Origin: Saprospiraceae bacterium
GTDB taxonomy: Bacteria > Bacteroidota > Bacteroidia > Chitinophagales > Saprospiraceae
NCBI GenBank assembly: GCA_020631135.1
Contig: JAHDHU010000024.1
Span: 7,474 to 31,473 of the forward strand
Reading direction: 5' to 3'
DNA length: 24,000 nt
Positions 1 through 9,371 of the stretch are shown here, piece by piece. The translations under genes were made by a program, and so were the position numbers. The notes beneath the pieces are model-generated. The model saw only the letters and a program-made list of their open reading frames with translations. It had not been told where the DNA came from and did not search any database. Every line of letters starts with the position of its first letter. Position 1 is the stretch's first letter.

Positions 1-288
1 GTGAGAGATCAAATGCTGGAAAAACGCCCAGATGATGTAGTCCGAATGCTAAGGGTGATACACGATAGTACAGACTCATTCATGAGAAATCCAGAAGCTA
101 TCTCGATGGTCAGTCAGCGCTACCACCAAAAAATTGAAGATGTAGAAAGGTGGTTTCATTCTACCGAATGGGCAATCCATGGATGGGTAAGTAATAAAAT
201 GATCCAAAGTGTAGTATATAATCTTAGGGTAGCGAAAATCGTAGGATCAAAAGAGGAAATTCCCAAATTGATATGGAAGCGAATTTAA
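1..288 (+). CDS. C-terminal fragment of a probable ABC-type (nitrate/sulfonate-like) substrate-binding protein, 5'-truncated by the window edge
   Basis: Open frame from base 1 to a stop at 288. The C-terminal pattern 'VERWFHSTEWAIHGWVSNKMIQSVVYNLRVAKIV' resembles Bacteroidota SsuA-like periplasmic binding proteins from memory; no search was run. Confidence 0.4.
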   Translation: MRDQMLEKRPDDVVRMLRVIHDSTDSFMRNPEAISMVSQRYHQKIEDVERWFHSTEWAIHGWVSNKMIQSVVYNLRVAKIVGSKEEIPKLIWKRI

Positions 289-339
289 ATTAATTTGAAG
301 GTCAATAGTCTATTGCTAAAAATTTCTAATCAATTCGTT

Positions 340-1566
340 TTACATTTTTATCCAAGTCTTTACTGTAGCTCCTTTACGCGTAGTTAAATATATTTTGAAT
401 GTCCCTTTAGGTAGCATACTTGTGTTGAGGTTTAAAATATTTTCATTTAATGTTTTCTGTTGCAAATAAATTTTGCCAAGGGGGTCCACAATCATCAATT
501 CCAAAATTTTGTCATCATCGATCATTAGGATAAGTTCATCGTTGAACTGAGGATTTGGATAAATATTGATTTTTGAATTTTTGGAGTCTATTTCATTTGA
601 TGATAATGGCGCCAATGGTTCTCCTTTTCTTAATCCAAACAGTTGGTTCGTTAGTTGATTAAATCGAAGTTCTAATGGAGAATGTTCTTCCATGATCCAT
701 TGATCATCATCATAGAGGTGTTGGTAAATTATCTCTCCATTATTACTGTTTAAGGTATAAAAATAACTCTCATTAAATCCATCATGCCCAATGACAAAAA
801 AATGATCATTGCTATCATCATAAGCCCAATAACGGTGACCGCCGAAAATATTCTCTATCTCAGGTATTTTTTTTATTTCGCTAAGGTTTTGAGAAATCGG
901 ATCTATTTCGATCAATGACAATCCATTTGGAGTTAAGCCCAACAAGCCGATGATTTTTTGCCTTTCTTTATCAAAGGCAATTGCACTCAAATATTGACCT
1001 TCAGGTGTTATTGGCATAATATCCTTGAGCGATCCATCGGTAAAGTTTATCGAAACCAAACTCCAGGAGTTGCTGCCTGGAAATGAGCCGACAAAATAGA
1101 ACAAGCCCGCAGCCTTGTCTATTGCAGAATTATGTGTGTCAATAATAATTCCCTCCAATGCCACGTTTTCCGGATAGTTGATTATTTCACCTGTGGCATA
1201 ATTTATTTTCGAAACGGCAACCTTGTTTGATGGATTATCTTTGTTGAGCCCAATGATTTCTTGGTCGCTTACATGCTGGATCATTTGAATTTGAGGAGCT
1301 TCTAAAGAATAAAGGATTTCACCACTTATGATATCCACTACTAATATCTCATTGTTTCCTCCTTCACTGGTAAAAATGTAATGGCCTTCATCTTCATTGA
1401 TCGCAACTCCTCCGAGCATTTGAGATAAGTAATCAACATTGGGGTAAACCTTAATTGATCTTAATTGATTCGTTTCAAATTTTATCTCAACCAATTCTTC
1501 GCTAAATTGGCTCATTAAGTTGCCAGTATATAGTAAGGAGAAAAGTAAAATAAATTTTTTAATCAT
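340..1566 (-). CDS. Secreted repeat/beta-propeller-like protein with C-terminal T9SS type A sorting domain
   Basis: 408 aa, N-terminal signal peptide (MIKKFILLFSLLYTGNLMSQ). C-terminus 'INIYPNPQFNDEL...GTFKIYLTTRKGATVKTWIKM' is typical of Por-secretion sorting domains. The interior has blocks such as 'DNEILVVDIISGEILYSLEAP'. Confidence 0.8.
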   Translation of the reverse strand: MIKKFILLFSLLYTGNLMSQFSEELVEIKFETNQLRSIKVYPNVDYLSQMLGGVAINEDEGHYIFTSEGGNNEILVVDIISGEILYSLEAPQIQMIQHVSDQEIIGLNKDNPSNKVAVSKINYATGEIINYPENVALEGIIIDTHNSAIDKAAGLFYFVGSFPGSNSWSLVSINFTDGSLKDIMPITPEGQYLSAIAFDKERQKIIGLLGLTPNGLSLIEIDPISQNLSEIKKIPEIENIFGGHRYWAYDDSNDHFFVIGHDGFNESYFYTLNSNNGEIIYQHLYDDDQWIMEEHSPLELRFNQLTNQLFGLRKGEPLAPLSSNEIDSKNSKINIYPNPQFNDELILMIDDDKILELMIVDPLGKIYLQQKTLNENILNLNTSMLPKGTFKIYLTTRKGATVKTWIKM

Positions 1567-1617
1567 TGGCTTACCTGTTTTCTACTTGTGTAACTCGTAT
1601 AGTTTATGAGCTTCGTA

Positions 1618-2079
1618 TTACGGACGATATTTTAGTTGGAGGCCATGAAAAAATTTTCTCAAAAATTGATCTTTACATGGTCTGTATTGTCTTTGACCCG
1701 GTTTTCTAAAGAATGCATTTATCTCGTGTTTGCTTACGCGAAAATCTAATAAATCAAAAATATCGACGATATCTTCGTCACGTAGTTTTAAAGCAATTTT
1801 CATTTTTCGAAGAATACCATTGTTGTTTATTTTCTTTTCGTGAACTACTGTTTTACCATCATCTTTTTTTCCTCTTTTTTCAATAATAAAGCCATCGAGA
1901 AATCTAACTAAATCTTTGTCTAGAATTAATTTGTAATCAGGATCTTCGTCTTTTTTGAGCCATTCACTCACTTGAGCTCGAGTTACTTCTAAGTCTCCCA
2001 AAGCAAACAATTTGATCATTTTATCATCTCCATAATCGAAAATATATCTGATCTTTCGCAGTACATCACTGTTTGTCAT
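1618..2079 (-). CDS. DUF1456 (YehS-like) family protein
   Basis: Two repeated modules 'NSDVLRKIRYIFDYGDDKMIKLFALGDLEVTRAQVSEWLKKDED' and 'NNNGILRKMKIALKLRDEDIVDIFDLLDFRVSKHEINAFFRK' match the DUF1456 pattern. Confidence 0.8.
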   Translation of the reverse strand: MTNSDVLRKIRYIFDYGDDKMIKLFALGDLEVTRAQVSEWLKKDEDPDYKLILDKDLVRFLDGFIIEKRGKKDDGKTVVHEKKINNNGILRKMKIALKLRDEDIVDIFDLLDFRVSKHEINAFFRKPGQRQYRPCKDQFLRKFFHGLQLKYRP

Positions 2080-2088
2080 ATTGTAAAA

Positions 2089-4152
2089 TTAATCAAAGCT
2101 ATATTGAAGTTTAATTCCCACCGCATAATTAAAAGGAAGTCCAGCATAAAGATAGCGTGGCGGTGCAGCACCAAAACTTCTTGGGTTAACTGCAATCATT
2201 GAGGCGTACTTTGAATTACCAATGTTATTTAGATGACCAATAATGTCAAGATTGAGTTTATTTGAAATTTTTATATTTCTGGTAATGAGTAGATTGTGTA
2301 AAAAGTAATCTTGTGTAGAAATAAGATTAAGATCATCTGCGAACATCGCAGAAGTGTAAGAGCTGGTCCAATTTATATTAAGATTTTTATTAAAAATTTT
2401 GAAACTTAATAGGGCTTTAGATCTAGGATTACCTGGAAGAAATTTATCCGCATAGTCAATGTCTCTATTTACAAATTCAATAAACTGATGCGGACTATAT
2501 TGAAAAGATCCATTCACTAAAATTGCATGGAAGCCTAGGCATTTAATATTTATAAGTTTTCCAATCTCTAACTCAATTCCAGGATGTCTGGTTTTTCCGG
2601 CATTTATTCCAATGTATTGATCTTCGGTGAGCCTTTCGGCAACAAGAAGATTGGTAACAAGTAAATGGTATAGACTTAAGTCTAAACTCCAATCGTTGTA
2701 TTTACCTCGAATTCCAATTTCCGTATTCCAGCCAATTTCTGGTTCAATATCCACATTAATGATTCCTTCTGGATTCAAAGTTTCTGAAAGTGTAGGGATA
2801 GAGAACCCATGACTTATCAAAGTGTAAACCTTAATGTAATTCTGGGTAGAGAAGTTTTTGTCAAACTCAAGCTTCAAGTATGGACTTAAGATTGGTTTAT
2901 ACTGATATTCTCCTGATTTATTATTAGCACTGATTCCAAAGAGATCCTGATAAGTATAGTTGGTATGATTAAGATTTAAGCCAGAAAAAACATTCCAATT
3001 TTTTACTGATTTAGAACCCTCGAAAAACAAATTGATGAAGCGCCTTTTTTCTTCATTGTCTGAAAGAAGGGTACCCTTACCAATATCTAATGTTTCGAAG
3101 GTGCTCCAATCTTCTTTTTCATTAAATATCTCAATGCCCAATGCCAGTCTTGATAATCTTTTGGTAAAGCTCAATTTGGCTCTTAGACCCAAGGTATTGC
3201 TTAACTGTTGGAGTTCATTAAAAGGACGACGTTCCTCATTTTTAAAAGTTGAATAGAATGTACTGACACTCGTTTCCCAGTTCGCCAAAAATTTGTGGCT
3301 AAAGTTAAAGCCAATTTGACCTCGATGATAATCTTCCTTGCCGTTCACACTAAGCCAGTTTGATGCGGCTTTCTCTGGACTGATTTCAAAATCAGATAAG
3401 TTCAATGAACTCGGAATTTCGGCATTCACGGATGTGAAATTTAAATAACTCGAAAAACTAGATTGCTTAAACAAAACTTGACCAAAGCTCGAAATGGATT
3501 GCCTGAAAAAATTATTGTTTTCGCGATAGCCATCGCTGGTCGCTAAGTCGTGATTAAGCGTAAAAACACTTTTGGTAGATTTTAGGTGTAAGCCATTGTT
3601 ACTAGAAAAACTACCAAACGATCCAATCGATTTTTTTGAGATGAAAGAACTTTCAGGACGTTGCGCGAAACTAGTGCGATACCGCAAAGTTCCTCCTAAG
3701 CTCGTTCCGTAACTAGGAGGCGAAGGGCCTTTGATCAACTCTATTTCATCGATGATACCTAGATTAATGTCTTCGAGATTTGTTTCTCCATTTCCATCAG
3801 TTATAGGAATATCATTGATAAACGCTCTAATTCGGGTGGTGCTAAAAGGAGAGCGGCTTCCTATTCCACGAATAGTGAGACGATTGGTGTTTAAGGCACC
3901 AGCATGCATGAAAACACCAGGTAGACTATTATAAATTTCTTGAGGAGAGGAAGGGTTACTTTCTTTGAAAGAAATCTTTTGAGTTTGTACCAAATCCAAG
4001 ATCCCTTTGCCTGGTACCAAAACCCCTTTAAGAATGATTGTATCTGGTCGCTTGCCAGCTTCCGTGTTTTTACTTTTTGACTCAGTTGGGTTTTGAGTAA
4101 CGGCATAGCTTGAAAAACAAATGATGAAACTTAGTAATAGGCAGATCCTCAT
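2089..4152 (-). CDS. TonB-dependent outer membrane receptor
   Basis: The plug domain 'NSLPGVFMHAGALNTNRLTIRGIGSRSPF...IDEIELIKGPSPPSYGTSLGGTLRY' and the C-terminal beta-strand ending in an aromatic region ('YAVGIKLQYSFD') fit. The track starts at 4212, but the signal peptide MRICLLLSFIICFSSYAVTQ begins at codon 21 (base 4152), which also removes the overlap with the upstream gene. Confidence 0.9.
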   Translation of the reverse strand: MRICLLLSFIICFSSYAVTQNPTESKSKNTEAGKRPDTIILKGVLVPGKGILDLVQTQKISFKESNPSSPQEIYNSLPGVFMHAGALNTNRLTIRGIGSRSPFSTTRIRAFINDIPITDGNGETNLEDINLGIIDEIELIKGPSPPSYGTSLGGTLRYRTSFAQRPESSFISKKSIGSFGSFSSNNGLHLKSTKSVFTLNHDLATSDGYRENNNFFRQSISSFGQVLFKQSSFSSYLNFTSVNAEIPSSLNLSDFEISPEKAASNWLSVNGKEDYHRGQIGFNFSHKFLANWETSVSTFYSTFKNEERRPFNELQQLSNTLGLRAKLSFTKRLSRLALGIEIFNEKEDWSTFETLDIGKGTLLSDNEEKRRFINLFFEGSKSVKNWNVFSGLNLNHTNYTYQDLFGISANNKSGEYQYKPILSPYLKLEFDKNFSTQNYIKVYTLISHGFSIPTLSETLNPEGIINVDIEPEIGWNTEIGIRGKYNDWSLDLSLYHLLVTNLLVAERLTEDQYIGINAGKTRHPGIELEIGKLINIKCLGFHAILVNGSFQYSPHQFIEFVNRDIDYADKFLPGNPRSKALLSFKIFNKNLNINWTSSYTSAMFADDLNLISTQDYFLHNLLITRNIKISNKLNLDIIGHLNNIGNSKYASMIAVNPRSFGAAPPRYLYAGLPFNYAVGIKLQYSFD

Positions 4153-4159
4153 TTTCGAT

Positions 4160-4831
4160 TTATCTGTCAAGTATTCTTGTGACCTTCTCTTGGATTTCGG
4201 ATACTGTTGCAAATCCTTTTGCTAAAACATGAAGTTTCCCATCTTTTTCTAGAAGTAAGGTTGGAAAACTATTGACTCCAAGTTCTGCTGATCTTTCGAA
4301 ATCCTTTTTAATTAAATTTTTGGATTGTGTTTGATCAAAGCTTGATTTCAAAAATTCATAAGGGATATCGAGATTTACACAAATCTCTTCATAGGAGTTT
4401 AAAAGATGTAAGTTTTTGTTTTCAACATAAAATGCTTTCTGTACTTCTTTAAAAAAGCTAAATGCCTTTTCGGGATATTTATTTCTCACGAGCATTACTG
4501 CTCTGCATGGTGGTTCAGTATCATAGGTGATATCATCTTTATCTAAAATGCCGTAAGAAAAGGGTAAACCAGATGCTCGATTAACATCTTCCCAATGATG
4601 AATCAGAAAGTCTTTTAGTTCGGACATCGTTTGAGTGTTATAGGGTCTTAATCCTCCCATAACTATTTCAAAATCCAATTTAGATTTATAGCTGTTTTTG
4701 ATTTCTGACATATTCTCAGAAATACCGTAGCACCATGAGCACATTGGGTCTCCGACATAGATTAATTTGGCCTTTGGCTGAGTCATACAGTTTACAGATA
4801 ATAGAATTAAAAATAATGGTAAGAATTTCAT
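4160..4831 (-). CDS. DsbA-family (thioredoxin-fold) thiol oxidoreductase/isomerase-like protein
   Basis: N-terminal 'LIYVGDPMCSWCYGISENM' CxxC motif, later 'GVNSFPTLLLEKDGKLHVLAKGF' (cis-Pro region), and a signal peptide. Confidence 0.85.
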   Translation of the reverse strand: MKFLPLFLILLSVNCMTQPKAKLIYVGDPMCSWCYGISENMSEIKNSYKSKLDFEIVMGGLRPYNTQTMSELKDFLIHHWEDVNRASGLPFSYGILDKDDITYDTEPPCRAVMLVRNKYPEKAFSFFKEVQKAFYVENKNLHLLNSYEEICVNLDIPYEFLKSSFDQTQSKNLIKKDFERSAELGVNSFPTLLLEKDGKLHVLAKGFATVSEIQEKVTRILDR

Positions 4832-4948
4832 AGAGATGAATTTTAGAAGGCATTATTGATTTCAATAATAAGCCTTTATAAAATTGAATTGCAAGTTACA
4901 TTGTTATCGATGGCTATTGAAAGAATTTTGGATTTGTAAATTCACATT

Positions 4949-7255
4949 ATGAACAAGCCCATCGATCCTCGAAATCTTTATCTTGCTCCAGAAGAAACAA
5001 GCAATTTGAAAATTAAAAAGCCAGCGACGTACGCCGCCGGGCTCAAAGGTGTAAGTGTAGCATTACAACATGCTTTTGATGAAATGGGGCCGATAAAAGC
5101 AATGACTACCTTGGCTAAACTTAATCAGGATAAAGGTTTTGATTGTCCAGGATGTGCTTGGCCTGATCCAGATGATAAGAAATCTTTGTTTGCAGAGTAC
5201 TGCGAAAATGGTGCTAAAGCCATAGCTGAAGAGGCAACCAACAGGAGGGCCAATCCCGAGTTTTTTAAGAGGCATACAATTCAAGAATTAGCAAGGTGGA
5301 GTGATTTTAGATTAGGAAAATCTGGTAGATTGACACATCCGCTAATTAAAAGAAAGAATAGTGACCATTATGAGAAAATTGAATGGAGTGAGGCTTATCA
5401 AATTATAGCTCATGAACTAAATAAATTAGATCATGCAGATCAAGCAGTTTTTTACACTTCAGGAAGATCGAGTAATGAGGCAGCTTTTCTTTGGGGTTTA
5501 TTTGCGCGAGCATTTGGCACGAATAACATGCCGGATTGCTCGAATATGTGCCACGAATCAAGTGGGGTAGCATTGAAACAAACGGTTGGTATTGGAAAAG
5601 GCTCTGTCAAATTGGAAGACCTTGAGCATGCGGAAGTAGTCATAGTGGCCGGACAAAATCCAGGAACCAATCATCCCAGAATGTTGTCGGCGCTGCAAAA
5701 ATGTAAGATAAATGGTGGAAAAATCATTACAATAAACCCTCTTGAAGAGGCTGGATTAAAACGCTTTAAAAATCCACAAAGACCTATCGACTATTTTACA
5801 AGTGGGACTATGTTGACAGATCTCTTTCTGCAAGTGAAAATCAATCAAGATATTTCTTTGATCAAAGCAATTTTGAAAATTATTCTTGAAAAGCACGAAA
5901 ATGGAGAGGACGTCTTTGATGTAGAATTTATCGATCAAAAGACAGTTGGTTATCAAGCACTGATCAAGGATTTGAAGTCATATGATTTAGATGATTTAGT
6001 TGGTCAGAGTGGTGTGCAAATGTCGCTCGTTGAAGAAGCTGCAACTATTTTAGCTAAAGCAAAAAAAATAGTCTGTTGTTGGGCCATGGGGCTCACTCAG
6101 CATAAAAATGGGGTAGACACCATCAAGGAATATGTCAATTTACTTTTGCTTAAAGGAAGTATTGGGAAGTTGGGCGCTGGTACCTGTCCTGTAAGAGGGC
6201 ATAGTAATGTACAAGGAGATCGTACGGTTGGTATTATGCACCATGTTTCGCCTGCCTTAAATCAATCTATAAAAAACGAATTTGGTTTTGATCCACCAGT
6301 TCATCTAGGTAAGGATACGGTCCATTCGATTAAGGCAATGCACGAAAGAAAAGCTAAAGTATTTATAGCCCTTGGCGGTAATCTACTATCGGCAGCCTCT
6401 GATACTTTTTTTACTGGAGAAGCATTGCAAAATTGTGATTTGACAGTTTCGGTTTCTACAAAATTGAACCGAACGCATTTAGCCACCGGTATGCGTGCAC
6501 TTATACTCCCAACTTTAGGAAGATCTGAAAAGGATCTCAAGTCGGGTAAAAATAGACTCGTCTCTGTCGAAAATAGTATGGGAAAAGTCCACGATTCTCA
6601 GGGACACCTAGAACCTGCTTCTCCTCATTTGCGAAGTGAACCCGAAATAGTAGCTAACATAGCTCATTTGACTTTAAATGCTAAGTATCAAATTCCATGG
6701 CTCGAAATGGGCTCTGAATATGATTTGATTAGAACAAAAATGGAACGAGTGTTGAAGGGTTTTGAAAATTATAGTCAAAGGATGAAAAATGGAGGATTTT
6801 ACCTTCCCAATAATGCTAGGATTGCTGATTTTCAAAATATGCCAAATGCCAAGGCAGAATTTTCGATTTGTCGTCCTAGCCAGCATTCGCTGAAAGAAGA
6901 TGAATTTTTATTGATGACCATCAGGTCACATGATCAATTCAATACCACCATTTATGGAATGGATGATCGATATCGTGGCGTCTTTAATGAGAGACGTGTT
7001 TTATTTATAAATAAGATCGACATGCGTCGAATCGGACTTTCAGAAAAAGAACTGGTGAATGTGGAAAGTTTTTATGACGGTCAAAAAAGGAAGGTCCACA
7101 ATTTTATTGTAGTTCCTTACGATATTCCGGTTGGAAATTTAGCCGGTTACTTCCCGGAACTTAATCCGCTCATTCCTATCGATCAATTCGCTGATCAGAG
7201 TCAAACTCCAATATCAAAATCAATTCGTGTAAAAATTGTTCAGCAAGGTATTTAG
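4949..7255 (+). CDS. FdhF/YdeP-family molybdopterin-dependent oxidoreductase
   Basis: 768 aa containing 'GFDCPGCAWPDPD', 'YTSGRSSNEAAFLWGLFAR', 'NMCHESSGVALKQTVGIGKGS', 'GQNPGTNHPRM' and 'GTCPVRGHSNVQGDRTVGI', characteristic of formate dehydrogenase H alpha-like YdeP proteins. Confidence 0.92.
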   Translation: MNKPIDPRNLYLAPEETSNLKIKKPATYAAGLKGVSVALQHAFDEMGPIKAMTTLAKLNQDKGFDCPGCAWPDPDDKKSLFAEYCENGAKAIAEEATNRRANPEFFKRHTIQELARWSDFRLGKSGRLTHPLIKRKNSDHYEKIEWSEAYQIIAHELNKLDHADQAVFYTSGRSSNEAAFLWGLFARAFGTNNMPDCSNMCHESSGVALKQTVGIGKGSVKLEDLEHAEVVIVAGQNPGTNHPRMLSALQKCKINGGKIITINPLEEAGLKRFKNPQRPIDYFTSGTMLTDLFLQVKINQDISLIKAILKIILEKHENGEDVFDVEFIDQKTVGYQALIKDLKSYDLDDLVGQSGVQMSLVEEAATILAKAKKIVCCWAMGLTQHKNGVDTIKEYVNLLLLKGSIGKLGAGTCPVRGHSNVQGDRTVGIMHHVSPALNQSIKNEFGFDPPVHLGKDTVHSIKAMHERKAKVFIALGGNLLSAASDTFFTGEALQNCDLTVSVSTKLNRTHLATGMRALILPTLGRSEKDLKSGKNRLVSVENSMGKVHDSQGHLEPASPHLRSEPEIVANIAHLTLNAKYQIPWLEMGSEYDLIRTKMERVLKGFENYSQRMKNGGFYLPNNARIADFQNMPNAKAEFSICRPSQHSLKEDEFLLMTIRSHDQFNTTIYGMDDRYRGVFNERRVLFINKIDMRRIGLSEKELVNVESFYDGQKRKVHNFIVVPYDIPVGNLAGYFPELNPLIPIDQFADQSQTPISKSIRVKIVQQGI

Positions 7256-7485
7256 GGATTCGAAATAGAATCTCTTTGTTGTTGATCTTTTTTTCTTAAT
7301 CGTTCTTGAATAAGTATCGAAAAAGAATAAACGATCAAAGAAAGAGGCCAAATCAAATCTGCATTTTCGACCAAAGATGGAAATAATGGTGTTTCGGTAG
7401 TTTCTCCGTAGAAAAAGGCAATTATAGCCACGATAAAAACGGATAAGGCCAAATACTGTAAAACTTTGTAGAAGTTCATATTCAC
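7252..7485 (-). CDS. Small membrane protein of unknown function
   Basis: 77 aa with two predicted hydrophobic helices. It is convergent with the oxidoreductase and overlaps it by 4 bp. Confidence 0.55.
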   Translation of the reverse strand: MNMNFYKVLQYLALSVFIVAIIAFFYGETTETPLFPSLVENADLIWPLSLIVYSFSILIQERLRKKDQQQRDSISNP

Positions 7486-7523
7486 CGAGAATCAGGTGGC
7501 AATATCTTTATAATTGCGGGTAA

Positions 7524-7557
7524 AACAAAAAGGGTCACCTAAAATCTTAGATGACCC
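7524..7557 (-). terminator. Intrinsic terminator for the Cys-rich protein gene (7582..7944)
   Basis: On the minus strand: GGGTCATCTAA-GATT-TTAGGTGACCC-TTTTTGTTTT. This is an 11-bp stem including one G.U wobble that forms only in the minus-strand RNA, followed by a T-tract, about 25 nt past the stop. Confidence 0.75.
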
Positions 7558-7581
7558 CTTCACATTTAGTCAGTTGCAAAT

Positions 7582-7944
7582 TTAATTATTTTTTACGGCG
7601 GTCAAATTTGACTCGGCATTTTCAGCATTTGTAGAGGCCGTTTTCTTTCCTTTTTTGCATTTAGATACGTCACACTTTCCTTTTTTGACATTCTCCTCTG
7701 AAACCAACTTCGTCAATTCAGATTTTTCCATTTCTGCACTAGCTACTTTTGTTTTTTTACATGATTTAGCACATACTTTTTTGCATTCTTCTAAGGTCAT
7801 ACCCATTTTTTTTGCACACTCTTTAGATGGTACGCAGGTCTTTACTTCTTTGTCTAACGTAGGCGTAGTTGAGACATTGGTTTGAGCAAATGACATGCTT
7901 GCAAAAAAGCACATGATGAACGAAATTCCTATTATTTTTTTCAT
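7582..7944 (-). CDS. Small secreted cysteine/lysine-rich protein, possibly metal-binding
   Basis: 120 aa, signal peptide (MKKIIGISFIMCFFASMSFAQ), mature region with 7 Cys: 'CVPSKECAKKMGMTLEECKKVCAKSCKK...KGKCDVSKCKKGKK'. A well-formed terminator follows. Confidence 0.7.
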   Translation of the reverse strand: MKKIIGISFIMCFFASMSFAQTNVSTTPTLDKEVKTCVPSKECAKKMGMTLEECKKVCAKSCKKTKVASAEMEKSELTKLVSEENVKKGKCDVSKCKKGKKTASTNAENAESNLTAVKNN

Positions 7945-8101
7945 GATTAAAATTTGAATTCACTCAGATCCGCTGAGTTGCCAGGGCATAATTGCCAAAA
8001 CAAAGTTCTTTCATAAGCCCAATAGTATGTGTTTAAGACCTGGTAAAGCCTTGTTAAAAAGTTGTTAAACGCAGTGCACAATCCAAGAATTATAGCGCTC
8101 T

Positions 8102-9370
8102 TTGAGTTGGATAAATATCAAAAGAAAATTGATCGCTATAAAACGAGTACCATTTTTATTCTTTATTCTCTGCTTTGCATTGCTTGCTTTGGTTGCTTTC
8201 CAAATTAAGTGGTTGAATATGTCCCAAAAAATGATTGAAGACCAATTTGAACAGAAGGTAAATCTTGCGATAGGTAGTGCACTCACTGAATTTAATTCTT
8301 CGCATAAAACAAGTCTGGCAATAGACGAATCTGAAGCTTGCAGCGAAGAAGAAACCTTAAAGTGTTTGCCTGGTGAGTTGAGCTTGACTCATCAAAAAGA
8401 ACTCGAACAAAGTCTGCAAAATTATATGTCGTGTTACGGGATAGACGATAAGTACGAAGTGCAGATTACTGGATCCAATTGTGCTCCTAGTAAATCATCT
8501 TTTTGTTGTTCTATAGGTTCTAAAAAAGCCGGTAATTCCGAGCTAATGTTAGGCGTCTCATTTGAGACAAAGGCAAAATATCTAAAAGATAAAATGCTTC
8601 CGATGATTATCTCATCGATGCTAATATTCTTGTTATTGGCTACCGTCTCGTTTTTCATATTGGGCTCTTTAATAAAACAAAAGCGTGTTACCGAAAACAA
8701 CATCGATTTCTTCAACAATACTGCTCATGAACTTAAAACTCCACTCACTAATATTTCATTGGCACTAAAACTATTGGGTAAAAAGTATAGTGGAATTGAA
8801 AATGATAAATATGCCCAAATCATTAAGTCTGAAAATTCAAAATTATCCGACCAAATAGAACGTGTCCTCTTTTTATCTAAAATGGAAAATGGAGAGTACG
8901 TGATGAAAAAGGAAGAGTTAGATTTAAACGAAATCGTCAAAGATGTCATCGATAGTATGTCCTTGCTTTTAAGAGAAACTGGAGGAGCCATCAATTTGGT
9001 GTGCAAGATTAGTGGGCCGGTGAAAATAATCGGAGACTATTTGCACATAAGTAATGTGTTTAGAAATTTGATAGATAATGCATTGAAGTATTGTGATGCT
9101 AAACCACAAATAGATATTATCATCCAGGAAGGTCAAAACAAAATTAATGTTGTCGTAAGAGATAACGGTATCGGAATTAGTCCGCAAGATCAAGTACATG
9201 TATTTCAGAAATTTCAAAGGGTCAATACGGGTGATGTAAAAAGAGTTAAAGGATTCGGTATTGGCTTAGCATATGTAAAGACAGTTATCGAAATGCATAA
9301 TGGCCAAGTGAGCGTGCAAAGTGAATTAAATAAAGGGAGTGAATTTAAATTGTTAATACCCCAAGTATAA
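8102..9370 (+). CDS. Sensor histidine kinase
   Basis: H-box 'NNTAHELKTPLTNISLAL', N-box 'NLIDNALKYC', G-boxes 'VRDNGIGISP' and 'VKGFGIGLAYVKTVIEMHNGQVSV'. Two TM segments flank an extracytoplasmic loop. The start codon in the track is TTG. Confidence 0.93.
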   Translation: MSWINIKRKLIAIKRVPFLFFILCFALLALVAFQIKWLNMSQKMIEDQFEQKVNLAIGSALTEFNSSHKTSLAIDESEACSEEETLKCLPGELSLTHQKELEQSLQNYMSCYGIDDKYEVQITGSNCAPSKSSFCCSIGSKKAGNSELMLGVSFETKAKYLKDKMLPMIISSMLIFLLLATVSFFILGSLIKQKRVTENNIDFFNNTAHELKTPLTNISLALKLLGKKYSGIENDKYAQIIKSENSKLSDQIERVLFLSKMENGEYVMKKEELDLNEIVKDVIDSMSLLLRETGGAINLVCKISGPVKIIGDYLHISNVFRNLIDNALKYCDAKPQIDIIIQEGQNKINVVVRDNGIGISPQDQVHVFQKFQRVNTGDVKRVKGFGIGLAYVKTVIEMHNGQVSVQSELNKGSEFKLLIPQV

Positions 9371-9371
9371 C

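Noticed and set aside
2627-3934. Plus-strand ORFs 2627..2812, 3032..3256 and 3731..3934
   Set aside because: They are antisense to the TonB-dependent receptor with low-complexity Ser/Leu/Arg-rich translations typical of shadow frames.
3891-4106. Minus-strand 71-aa ORF in an alternative frame inside the TonB receptor
   Set aside because: Overlaps the receptor's signal peptide and plug domain on the same strand in another frame; not supported.
5063-6886. Minus-strand ORFs 5063..5284, 5452..5670, 5756..5956, 6301..6540, 6674..6886
   Set aside because: All are opposite the well-supported FdhF/YdeP-type oxidoreductase.
8065-9217. Minus-strand ORFs 8065..8286, 8434..8718, 8725..9006, 8969..9217
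   Set aside because: Antisense to the histidine kinase, with no family signatures.
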